From the IMG/VR virus record IMGVR_UViG_3300021399_000107, positions 29,173 through 93,172 of that record: a DNA stretch of 64,000 nucleotides. One strand, 5' to 3'. The notes under the pieces are model-generated. The model ran no database searches, was not told the origin of the DNA, and was given only the letters and a program-made list of their open reading frames with translations. The translations under genes were made by a program, and so were the position numbers. This document shows positions 15,501 to 26,300 of the stretch, in pieces (within the stretch, counting starts at the first letter, position 1; each line of letters begins with the position of its first letter). This DNA is from a virus. Its lineage: Duplodnaviria; Heunggongvirae; Uroviricota; Caudoviricetes.

Positions 15501-16246
15501 AGCATTGCTAACAGAAACAGAAAGTTATTATATAGAAAAGTATCAGACATTATTACCTAATGGATATAATTATTATCGAAAAGGCAGTGGGCACCGAGAA
15601 TTATTACGAACAAAGACGGCTGTAGATGTTTATGATTTAGATCTTAATTATATTAATACATTTGATAGTTTGATCGAGTGCGCAAAATTTTATAATATTC
15701 CTTATCAAGCCATTTCTAGTTGTATTAATAATAATATAGATCATTATAAAGATAAAATATATACAAAAAAAGGACAATCACCAGTGGCTGCGCATGTTCA
15801 TTTAACACATGGTAGAAAAACAGCTCAGTATTCTTTAGATGGTACTTTAATTGCTATTTATAAATCCGCGAATGAAGCAGCGAGATGTATTGGAAAAAAT
15901 TCTAATGCCGGTAGAAATATTCGTGCTGTTTGTTCAGGAGATAGACAAACCGCTTTTGGCTTTAAATGGAAATTTATAGATTAAAGTTCAACGACTACGT
16001 AAGTTCAAGCGAACTTCAGTGCATATCCCAGTAAAATGGTGATGATATAGTCTCACCTTTATGGAAACATAAAGAAAAAGGCGTAGCGAGCCTTATAAAG
16101 ATAAATGATTTGAAATGTCCCTACAGGTTCTAAAGGCTACTAACGAGCGCGGCGAGCCTGAAATGATGAAGTTCATTCGTTATCAGATGGGTGTTGGTGC
16201 TTCTACTGATGCCGGTAACGATGAAGGTTCCATTCATCAGTCTTAA
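12566..16246 (+). CDS. Major tail tube protein, split by 4 group I introns; spliced 324 aa
   Basis: Exons 12566-12598, 12886-13544, 14627-14717, 15033-15085, 16108-16246 total 975 nt. Joins FEKYG|IKEVA, SPNTF|PGTYR, INKA|KVLSD, GDPST|FEMSL. RBS GGAGGT; highly expressed codon pattern; followed by a terminator. Confidence 0.85.
12599..12885 (+). ncRNA. Group I intron 6 (tube-I1), ORF-less, 287 nt
   Basis: P1 CGGT/GCCG; P10 ATTA/TAAT; AATTGCTGGAAA, AATCAGCAGCC, TTCAACGACTA, GATATAGTCT; ends in G12885. Confidence 0.92.
13545..14626 (+). mobile_element. Group I intron 7 (tube-I2) with GIY-YIG ORF, 1082 nt
   Basis: P1 ACACCTT/GAGGTGT; P10 CCAGGCA/TGCCTGG; full core motifs; ends in G14626. Confidence 0.93.
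13630..14541 (+). CDS. Intron-encoded GIY-YIG homing endonuclease with NUMOD1-like repeats (303 aa)
   Basis: GYIYKY...KSYIGQT motif, E in LEKKYI, three V.Q.d..G..i..F.S..EAA repeats. Confidence 0.9.
   Translation: MNKQLPKNGYGYIYKYTSPSGKSYIGQTITSLYNRAGGSRGKTYIKCPVFYNAIIKYGFSNFDVEILVEAPISQLNILEKKYIEIFNTLVPDGYNIQEGGEGGNTKIVYQYNMDGQFVRQFNSVREAADSIGREPQGISDCLHGRALSCGNYYWSLQKLEKYPIAEKTDFLKIRNDKKQVRMLDLNGNLIRTFKSIGEAAKFCNGERSAIKRCCRHELHTYCGYKWECSEILAEKKYNNSARAIEQLDKETGEAIKTFPSISAAAREFHKNGTSLFRRALNDIHYSAYGYKWRYAQSSTTISL
14718..15032 (+). ncRNA. Group I intron 8 (tube-I3), ORF-less, 315 nt
   Basis: P1 GGCT/GGCC; P10 AAGGT/ACTTT; AAATGCTGGAA, AATCAGCAGC, TTCAACGACTA, GATATAGTCT; ends in G15032. Confidence 0.92.
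15086..16107 (+). mobile_element. Group I intron 9 (tube-I4) with GIY-YIG ORF, 1022 nt; 5' junction probably at C
   Basis: AATTGCGGGAA, AATCCGCAGC, TTCAACGACTA, GATATAGTCT; ends in G16107; in-frame join DPST|FEM requires exon end C15085 (P1 CCAC/ATGG). Confidence 0.82.
15277..15984 (+). CDS. Intron-encoded GIY-YIG homing endonuclease (235 aa)
   Basis: GWIYKYTSPSGKSYIGQT, clearly paralogous to 13630-14541; NUMOD1-like repeats; RBS GAGGT. Confidence 0.9.
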   Translation: MNYLDYKQAPKDGYGWIYKYTSPSGKSYIGQTIYSLYDRAGLNGRCYKNCSVFYSAIQKYGLENFTVEILDQVPKALLTETESYYIEKYQTLLPNGYNYYRKGSGHRELLRTKTAVDVYDLDLNYINTFDSLIECAKFYNIPYQAISSCINNNIDHYKDKIYTKKGQSPVAAHVHLTHGRKTAQYSLDGTLIAIYKSANEAARCIGKNSNAGRNIRAVCSGDRQTAFGFKWKFID

Positions 16247-16262
16247 TTGACTGTATAAATAC

Positions 16263-16296
16263 AATGCCTGCGGCTTTGCCGCAGGCATTTCTTTTT
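16263..16296 (+). terminator. Rho-independent terminator after tail tube gene
   Basis: AATGCCTGCGGC-TTT-GCCGCAGGCATT followed by TCTTTTT. Confidence 0.8.
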
Positions 16297-16308
16297 GAGG
16301 TAAAAATA

Positions 16309-17235
16309 ATGCTTATAGACGAATACGCTGGTCTAAAAGAGTTGTATGAGGTTGTGGTAAAAGCTACCGCACCAATTACAATCAATGGGCGCCAATTTGA
16401 AATTGGTGAGCCAGTGATGTTTTTTGAGCGTGTCAATATGTCATTATTAACTCAATCTGCATCACCCATTTCCGCGCGCGGTGGTTGGGATAATTTGCCG
16501 CGTGTTGTGTGGGAAAATCGTTCTGACGTTAGTTTCATGATAAATGAAGGCGTAGTATCTAATATGAGCTTAAATTTTCTTTTATCTGCTTCAACAGATA
16601 AAAAAGAAAATGATACTAGCTTTTTTGTTCACAAAGTGGATAAAGTGGACGAACCTATTTTTGTCGATATAGATGATGACAACACTATCTGTATTGTGGA
16701 AACTTCCCATGATCCACACTTAAACCCTCCCTCCTACAAAGCTTTTATTTATCGTGACGATAATGATGTATTGCAGCAAAAATATTATGGGAAGCCGCTG
16801 GATGAAGAACATGCGCGTCATGATTTCTCTGGTGCGGTTATTCCTAGTTTTCAATTATTTCGAGATAAGGCATTAACAGAACCGGTTTTACCTGGTGACG
16901 AAGATGCCAGTTCTCCCTATGTTGTGGATTACTATTATTCTTATGGAGAAGGCACGGCTATTATTTACACCGTAAATAAAGAGCGCTTTAATGGAGTATT
17001 TGCTTTAGAAGGAAAGTTTTATTCTAAAGACGAAAACCGTGGCATTAACAGAACGAATTTAATCTATATGCCACGTATGAGAATTGTAAGTGATATAAAC
17101 TTACGTTTGGGAGAAAGGGCCGATCCAACCACCGCGTCATTCCACATTATTGGTATGCCGCAATCTACAACTGACTACAAGAATATGGTATTGCAAATTA
17201 CCTCTCTTGATAAGGATATAGATGAAGAAGAATAA
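16309..17235 (+). CDS. Tail-tube paralog (308 aa from ATG 16309)
   Basis: Aligns by eye with the spliced tube protein: EYAGLKELYEV vs EKYGIKEVANV; ARGGWDNLPRVVWE vs AQGGWGNPRLVVWD; IVSDINLRL..ADPTT vs VLSDVTITL..GDPST. Confidence 0.7.
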   Translation: MLIDEYAGLKELYEVVVKATAPITINGRQFEIGEPVMFFERVNMSLLTQSASPISARGGWDNLPRVVWENRSDVSFMINEGVVSNMSLNFLLSASTDKKENDTSFFVHKVDKVDEPIFVDIDDDNTICIVETSHDPHLNPPSYKAFIYRDDNDVLQQKYYGKPLDEEHARHDFSGAVIPSFQLFRDKALTEPVLPGDEDASSPYVVDYYYSYGEGTAIIYTVNKERFNGVFALEGKFYSKDENRGINRTNLIYMPRMRIVSDINLRLGERADPTTASFHIIGMPQSTTDYKNMVLQITSLDKDIDEEE

Positions 17236-17274
17236 GCCGCTCTCTTAGATGTAAGAGGGCGGCTTTATTTTTTT
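17234..17274 (+). terminator. Rho-independent terminator before tape measure gene
   Basis: AAGCCGCTCTCTTA-GATG-TAAGAGGGCGGCTT followed by a T tract. Confidence 0.8.
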
Positions 17275-17301
17275 ATATGTGTGTAAAAGGAGTGAAAAAC
17301 G

Positions 17302-20300
17302 ATGGCTAATAAAACACGTACCGTGTCTTATGAAGTACAATTAGCGATAGAAGGAGCAACAAAACAAATTGCACGCTTGAAGCAACTTTTGAATGATAGC
17401 GTGCGGCCCGAGAGTAACTCGTACAAAACATTACTGAATATGCTTAGTGCGGCCCAACGGCAAGCTGAACGTCTGCAAATGACGGCAAGCACGTCATTGG
17501 AATCCTCTAAAGGGTCAAAAAAGCTAAGCGCCGATCTATTTAAACTTGGCGATTCTATTGATATTATTGTAACGCGGATGCACCAGATTGCTTCTGGTGA
17601 CATAATTGCATCACCAGAAGAGTTGGCGCGCATTGAAGAAATGAGTAACTCAATGGTGAAGATTCGTCAGCAAATGGACGCCTTACAAAATCTTAGTGTG
17701 GGCGATATGTTTGACGAAGGCACCGCTGAAATGCAACAAATGCAAGAGGTTGCGAAACTTTTGGGGCGCGATCTTGACACCATTAATGCTGATAAGATGC
17801 AAGGTGCCATTGGGCACGCATTGGATAAAATCAATAGTGACATTGACCGCACCTCGGCGCGCATAGATGCCCTACAAAAAGTGCTAGATAAAACTACTGG
17901 CATTAATGGGCCGACCGCTTTAGCTGAGATTCAGGCCACCGGTAATAAGTTTGCAACAACGGTAGCCACGAAGGATCAGCAAGAGCGCCAACGTACAGCT
18001 AATGAGATTAACAAAATACGGACTAGTTTCCGTGATGAAGCTGCTGCTCGTGGTTTCCTTTCTCCACGAGACGCTCGACGCGATGTTACAATTTCAGCAT
18101 CTAGCTTTGATAATAAAAACGACCAAACAATTCTTGAAGATCAAATGAACGCGATAGAAGAGTCTGTTGCTGAGCATACCGCAGAATTACAATCTCGCGT
18201 CCAAAAATATAGAGAAATTGAACAACAGCTGGGTGAAATTTGGAAAAATGCGCCAAGAGGACAGCGCACTGAGTATCTTACTCAATTCGCTCAGAAAGAG
18301 CCGCAATTGGGTGCTATTTTAAATCAATTAGGTTATGAAGGAAATGTTGATGAAATTATTGCTAATCGTGGTGGATTAGGAAATACAAATGCTCTTATTT
18401 CTACGGTTCGTCATCAGTTACTAGAACAGGCAAATAATGATGCACAAACTGTTCAAGAAATGGTACAGAAATTAGATCAATATCGCCAACAGCTTGAAAG
18501 CGCTATTTTTAGTAATTTAAGTGAAACGCAAATATTGGAAAAAGCCAATATTAAACCTTTTATTACAAATTTACAACAGTATGTAAATGATTTGTTTGGC
18601 GAAAATAATCCGCTTTCCCAAAGTATGGGACAATGGTTAAAGGATCACGTACAAGCTGGTATGGATGTCCAACAGTTTTATCGTGATTTCTTACAAGAGA
18701 TTATACAAAAACGTAGCGAAATTGAGCAACAAATTCGTTCTGAATCGGATGCTCTTAATAACTTGGGCGGTCAGAAGAATTTGTTGGAAAGCGCTTCTAC
18801 TTCATTAGATGATCAAGTAAAAAAGTTAAAAGATGAGGTTGAGCAGCTCCGCGAACAAATAAAAAAGTATCAGGAGCAACTTGACGCGCTAACAAAAGGG
18901 AAGAAGGCAAATTTTCAACGTGAGGTTGAGACGCCTGGTTCGCCAAATGAGCCGACGCCGGCTGACACCAGCAAGAGAGTCAAGGATACGGGTAATCTCG
19001 TAGGTGCCAACAGCGACAATCTTGCTAACACCGAAAAAGTTACTTCACAATTAGGTAATATTAAATCAGCAATAACCAACTGGATGGGCTTCTATCAGGT
19101 ACTAAATATGACGCGTAGCGCCATTACTAGCATGAAGAATCACATCCAAGAACTAGATCAAGTCATGACACAAATTGCTGTGGTCACAAGTATGACACAA
19201 GAGGACTTGTGGGCGCAGATTGGTACGTACAGCGAAATCGCCCGTCAATATGGTGTAAGTATTAAGGGAGTGTATCAGGTTTCGCAGATCTTCTACCAGC
19301 AGGGTGGTAGTTTTCTGGAAAAATTTCTTTCATTTTCTAAGATTTGACTTTTTGTGAAATTTCTGCTATAATATTTTTGTAAGGCGAGAGAAGAACAAAT
19401 AAAAACACCAGCCTTACAAGGAGATTTCACAAAATGCAAGAGAAAACAATTTATATCAATGGAGAACCAACTGACTACACCGTTCGAGACGACGGAACCG
19501 TATGGAGCAACAAACGACATCGTGAACTTAAAGGTACCTTGGCGCGCAATGCTTATCATACTGTATATCTTATGTTTCACGGTGAACAAAAATGTTTGAT
19601 GGTACATCGACTTGTTGCTGAAGCCTTTTGTCCAAATCCAAATGGTTATACGATTGTTCATCATAAGGATGAGAATAAGCTAAACAACCGTGCGGATAAT
19701 CTGGAGTGGGTTACGAGTCAAGAGAACGCCGTAGCTAGTGTACCTAGTCGCAAGCCATATAAAGCTTATGATAAGCAGTTAGCTGATCCGCAAAAAGAAT
19801 GGCGCGTACTTTCGTGTAATGAGAATTACCTTATTAATAATGAAGGAGAAGTGGCCAACAAAAAGACGCTTACTCTATTACACCAAGCTGATCGTAATGG
19901 TTATAAAAGAGTAAATCTTCAAGACACTCTTTATAGCGTCCATCGTCTCGTCTATGAAACTTTCATTGGCCCTATTCCCGAAGGCATGAAAGTTGACCAT
20001 ATTGATGGCAATCGTTCCAACAACAATGTTGCGAATTTGCGCCTTGTGACGCAATCGGATAATATGCACGCAGCTATGACTAATGGTCATTCTGGTCAGG
20101 TTCCTGTTCTTCAATTTGATAAAGATTGGAATTTTATTCAGGAGTTTCCCAATATCCAAGCGGCCGCAGATGCGGTGCATCGCACGCATCCCGCTATTCG
20201 TTCAGCGATTGAGCGTGGCGGAAAAAGCGCTGGATACTATTGGAAACGTAAAAATAGTGAGCCTTGTGACACCCTTTAATTGCTGGAACATCCTCTAAAA

Positions 20301-23300
20301 TCATGCTATAGGACAATCAGCAGCCAAGCCCATATATGGGAAGGTTCAACGACTAGCCGACTGTCAAGGTCGGGGTAGGCGCAAGCGCGCCGAAATGGGG
20401 GTGGCGTTTTACACACGTTAAGATATAGTCTGATCTTGTAAGAAATTACAAGCTGGAATAATTCCGCTGGCGGCGCAGCGAACCGTCAGGAACGTAATGC
20501 TACAAACAAATGATGTCATGACGTTAACAACGGAAACGTTGAAGATGGCGCGCATTGCGGGCATTGATTACGCAAAGGCGGCCGATTATATGACAACCGC
20601 TTAACGCAATAGGTGGTTTAAAAGTGTTTTAATTGCTGGAAAACATTAAAGCCCAAATGCCACAAATAAAATCATTCCGTTTTATATTGTGGAACGAAAG
20701 TAGAAACAAGTTTTGGGATGGCGCATGGTATTAAACCTAAACGTTAAAAATATGAAATCAGCAGCCAAGGAGGAATATATATGGCTAATAAATTTTCTCT
20801 TGAAGAATATAAGAATCGTATTGATATGTTTTTTCCTGATTGGAACTATGAGATTTTAGAGTTTAATGGTTATAAGCAAGCGGCTAAAATTTTATGTAAA
20901 AATTGTAATAATATTTTAATTTATAAGAAAGCTTGTGATATTAGCAGAAAATTAAATGTGTGTAAATGTTATCACAAATTTAATAATTATCACGAAAAAT
21001 TAATATATCTTGGACAAGTCAATGGTTTTACTATTCTGCATGATGAACCAAATAATATGATAAAAACAATTCGTTGTGACAAGTGTAATACTATTATGGA
21101 GCGCTCTTTAGTATCGCTTCTTAATACGCCATTTCATTGTGATAAGTGTAATGCTTATCGAAAAGGGCAATTTCATTATAACATTGAAGAAGCTCAACAA
21201 CGTTTAGATACAGCTACTAATAATGAGTATCAATTATTGCAGTATAATGGTATTAATAAAGAAGCCGTTTTGCGACATTTAAATTGCGGTTTTATTTTTA
21301 CTATTCGTGATTTAAATGATATTTTTATTGGTAGAAATCGGGGTTGTCCAAAATGCTATCAATTTAAGTCTAAAGGTGAGCAAAAAATTGCAGCTTACTT
21401 AGATAACAAAAATATAAAGTATATACCGCAAAAAACATTTACACCATTAAATAAAAGTAAATATCGTTTTGATTTTTTTCTACCCGATTATAATTTAGCA
21501 ATTGAATATCAGGGAGAGCAACATTATCGTGACAATTCTTGGTTCAAAGATGATTTAAGTACGATTCAAAAAAGAGATCAAATTAAAAGGCAATATTGTC
21601 AAGAAAATCATATTAATTTATTAGAAATTAGTTATAAAGATTATAATATTATTAGCCAAATATTAGACTCACGGTTCAACGACTATCCTTTTATGGGAGT
21701 AGAGGAAAGCTCCTCGAAATAAACACTACCAGATGGTAAAGATATAGTCTGATCTTATTAGAAATAATAAGCCGTATGTTATACGCGCATAATTTAGCGA
21801 ATTATGTGGAACATTAATGATCCGCGGTTTCAAATTGGAAATGACCGATGCTTCCCACGTTACTGACGTTTGGAGTGCATTGGCAGCAAAGACAGCATCA
21901 GATACAGAAGAGTTGGCAGTCGCTATCAGTAAGACGGCATCGTCCGCCGAAGCTGTGGGCGCAAGCTTCGAAGCTACTTCTGCAATGATTGCAACGATGG
22001 TCTCCGTAACGAGAGAGAGTGCCACGAACATCAACATTTGACTTTTTATTAAATATTTAATAAGGAGTTACCGGTGTCCTTATGAGATAATACATAAATC
22101 ATAAGTGAAAACCTTCTCTGATTGACTTGGAGTTCCTAATAATAGAGGATAACAGGGCGGAAGATTGGTTTAAATACCTTTCACCGTGAACGACTAAGTG
22201 AGAAGGCACCTTTTCTGAAGGTGGTGCGATAGTCTAAACTCCTACTATAACTATTATATTTTTTGAAATAGGGGAAGAAGGCAATTTTGTCTTCTATAAT
22301 GCGGTACGTCACTCAAATCGGTTATCTCACGATACGGAGAAATGACAAGTGATCCCTCAAAGCTAACCGACAGTGAAGGCGAAGCAATGGATCTGAACCG
22401 TGTCGATAAGGCTTTGAAAACAATCGGTATTACGTTGCGTAGTGCCACAGGACAATTCCGTGAATTTGATGACGTCATCCTTGAATTGGGTGAAAAGTGG
22501 AATCAAATTGATGTAAATGCGCAACGTTATATCGCCACGATAATGGCTGGCAACCGTTATGATTTGTTGGCGGTTGCGTGAGCAGCCTTAATAATGAACT
22601 CAAATTAAAATGACGTGAATTGCGGGAACATCCTTAAAACTATTTTCACTAAGCACAAGCAGAAATGTGTTGTGTGGTCACAGTAATGAAGTTGGGTATA
22701 GTAAAAGCAGAATAGTTTGGACAATCCGCAGGCAAGCATCTTTTATGTTTGACTTTTTTCTTTTTTTGTGATATAATAAAAGAAAAAAAGGAGAACAACG
22801 CTAATGTTTAAAAAAATAATCTTAGATGGCGAAGTAACACGATGGTCAGTAAATGAAGAAGGGCAAGTAAGGAATGATGAGACGGGGAAATTTCTTACGG
22901 GTAGTATTCTTCAGACTTATAGATACATAAATTTTAGATGGAATCATAAGCAAAAGAATAAAGCAGTTCATAGATTAGTTGCTGAAGCTTTTCTTCCTAA
23001 TCCTGAAAATTTACCTTATGTACATCATATTGATGGAAATAGGTTAAATAATAATGTAGAAAATTTACAATGGGTTACTCAAGAAGAGAATCAATCTCAT
23101 AGAAAAACATATACAATTCATGCGCCTCAAAATATTATAATTGAAGGCCAGGAAGAGTGGCGTAATTTTAGAGATACGGTTTATCAAGTTTCTAATTATG
23201 GACGCGTGCGTAATACTAAAACAAATAAGATACTTAAAGGTTGCTTAGAGGATTGCGGGTATTATACAATTAAAATTCCGTATAACGAGAAAAAGCGTAA

Positions 23301-26300
23301 ACGTTTTTTCATCCATCATTTAGTTTATGAATGTTTTGTATCTCCTGATTATGATGTGATAAATCACATTAATGGGGATAAAACTGATAATCGTGTAGAG
23401 AATCTAGAAAGTGTTTCTCATAAAGAAAATATGATCAAAGCTGCAAATGAAACTAATGCTTGGCATTTTAGAAAAGTTGCACAATATGATAAAGAAGGAA
23501 ATTATATACAAACTTTTCTTAATGCTTCTGACGCTGGACGTGCCATGGGTATTTTACCTAGCAGTATGCGTAATTGCATTAGATTAAGGGGCGGCCGCCA
23601 TAAAGATTTTATTTTTAAATATATAGAAAATGAAGATGAAGCTTCATCGGCCATCTCAGAATGAGAGTAAAACCGGTAGGGTTTGAAGGACGTCACACTT
23701 ATTTAAGTGATAATATGGTCAAAGCTAAAATGAAAATTTTAGAGACGTATTTATTAATACGTCTTTTTTATATATTGACGCGGAAACGCGTTGAGTGACT
23801 CTGCAACAGAGCCGGTTCCTTGCCCTCGTCAGCAATATTGATCAGTACAAAAATGCACTATCTATTGCACAAAATGCCGAAGGCGCAGGTGAACTACAAA
23901 CTTTAAAGACCTTGGACTCATTGGAGTCTAGGATTGAAAGGCTAAAGGTTACAGTACAAGAGTTCTACACCAGTTCTGGCCTTGAAGCCTTATATAAGAG
24001 CATTATAGATATTATTACTAACGTAGTCGGCGCAATGAATAACTTGCCAAAAATTGGTGAGAAATTCCCTGCGGCGGCTCTTTCTATTGGTTTGGGTATT
24101 ATTGGTAATGTTAAGAATGTATTGACAACATTAATTAATGCGATTAAGCAAACTTTTGATAATATTGAGGAGGAACATAAAAATCACGGAAAGCGTACCA
24201 CAACTCAAGCGTATAAAGATGGTAAAGCATCAGCAGAAGCCTTTGCAAGAGGGCAAAAAGACGGAGCGAGTGGCGTTGAGGGTAGCGCTGAGCCTAGTTC
24301 TGGTGAAGTTGAGAAAGATACGCGTACTTTTTTGCAAAAGTATGGCACGGCGTTGTGGCGGGGTGTTTCGGTCGCTCTTTCTGCAACCAGTATGTCGCTT
24401 AACACAATAGGTCTAAATCAGTATGGTGCTTCGACCAGCATTGATGAAGATTTGTCTGCGGCTAAGAAGCTAGGCTGGGGAACGTTAGTCGGTTTAGGCG
24501 GCGATGTCGCTACTTTTGCTACGCAATGGATAACAAAAGATTATATTGGCGCGATAACCACTGCTGTTACGGGAGTAACAAAAGCCTTTGCTGGATTGTC
24601 TAGTGCAATTTCTATGGCGACGCCCTCAATGGAACGTCAAATTGAGTTAGCAGAAAAGAGAGTGCAATTGGCTCATAATGAAGCAGTTCTAGCTCGTGGT
24701 GAAACAAATGATTTACAACAGGCTATTATTCAGTTAAAGCAATTAGAAAAACAACAATATTCTTCTAACGAAGCCATGGAAGAATATATCAATTATCGTA
24801 ATCAAGTGGCGACACAATTTCCTCAATTAATTGATGGATATGATAATGAAGGTAACGCTATTATAGATTTAAGTGATGATTATTTAATTTTAAATAATAG
24901 TATATTAAAAACTTTACGTTCAGAACAAAAAGAACGTAAATTACGTGTTGAATCGCTAAATATACAACAACAAGCGGCTCAGCAAATGTTAACATCTAGA
25001 CATTTCTTTTCCGGTTCCTCTACCACCCTTCCAGAGGCACTACGAAACGCTTTTTCGTTAAATACTCTTCACAATTATGAGACTGGTATACATTGGAACC
25101 CTGATAATAAATATGCTAGCGTTACAGATATAGATGCGTTTTTAAAATTTTTAAACGATGATTTGGAAGATACTAGTTTAGATGACTCTTCTACTAAGGT
25201 ACAAATTTTACAAACCTTATATCCTGATTTAATGAATGGTATCGCTCTTCCTGATGCGACAGATGCACAAAAGGTTGCTATTGAAGCAATTGCAAGCGCC
25301 AAAACAGATCAAGACAAGGTAGAAGCTGCTGCACGCGCAATTACGTTATTAAATGATAGTTTATCAGAATATTATAAAGTACAATTTGAATTAGCAAATA
25401 AAAATTATGCTATTATAACTGCTGATTTAAATATACAAGAATCTATTAATAATAAAGAATTAGGTAATTTATTAACAACTAATAAAACAGTTGCTGCTAT
25501 ATATCAAGAAATGTTAGATAATTTTTATGAGACGCAAATGTTTTTTAACGAAGCAACCGGATCTTGGAATTTAATAAATGATGCTGAAGGTTCATGGAAT
25601 ATTTTAAAAGATTTAAATATTTCTTATGAAGAGTTTCTTGCAACCCAAACAGAAAGTTTTCTGACGCAATTTGCAATTTTGCCCAAAAAAGCACAAGATG
25701 CTATTGAAAATTTATATAATGAGAGAGATACCTATTCTTCTTTTGATGTTATAGAGGCAGAATTAAAAAAATATAACGTTTCCGAATTATATATTGCATC
25801 TTTTCGTCAATCTTTTATAGACGCTCAAGAAAAAGCAACTCAATATTTACAGAATGTACAAAATTATTATTCTACGCATATGCCTGATCTTAATTTACAT
25901 TTAGATGATATTTTAAATTCAGAATCTGCTGTTTTACAAGGATTACCCGCTGTTATACAGACTTGGATAGGTTCTATTTATGAAAATATTGCTAATCAGG
26001 TGGAAACTGGTGCGTTATCAATAGATGCAGCAAATAATTTAAGTGATGCTTATTTTGATTTATTAGAAAACATTCAAATTATACCAGATGAAAATATTAA
26101 AAAAGCATTATTACAACAGTTGTCCTCGGTTGATATGTTTGATGCATATGCTATAGAAGATTTTGTTAAAAATGCAGAAGGAGTCCCGCAAGAAACTGCT
26201 CAATCTTTATTGGATTGGGCTGGACAAGTAGGCAAAAGTTTTTTAAGTATTCGTGATCGTGCAGAAAAAAATATTAAAGATGCAGCAGAAAAATTAACAA

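Larger units (their letters stand above)
19306..20499 (+). mobile_element. Group I intron 10 (TMP-I1) with HNH ORF placed 5' of the catalytic core, 1194 nt
   Basis: P10 CTAC/GTAG; weak G.U-rich P1; core at about 20278-20430 (AATTGCTGGAA, AATCAGCAGCC, TTCAACGACTA, GATATAGTCT); ends in G20499. Confidence 0.88.
22558..23803 (+). mobile_element. Group I intron 13 (TMP-I4) with HNH ORF, 1246 nt
   Basis: P1 AACCGT/GCGGTT; P10 CAACA/TGTTG; AATTGCGGGAA, AATCCGCAG; variant P7 GGCCA/TGGTC; P3 TGACGT/ACGTCA; ends in G23803. Confidence 0.9.

Noticed and set aside
22038-22068. TTGACTTTTT...AAGGAG in intron 12 as a relic promoter and RBS of a lost endonuclease
   Set aside because: No TATAAT at 17 nt spacing and no downstream ORF; the stretch folds as a near-perfect hairpin, which explains it more simply. 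Not fully excluded.
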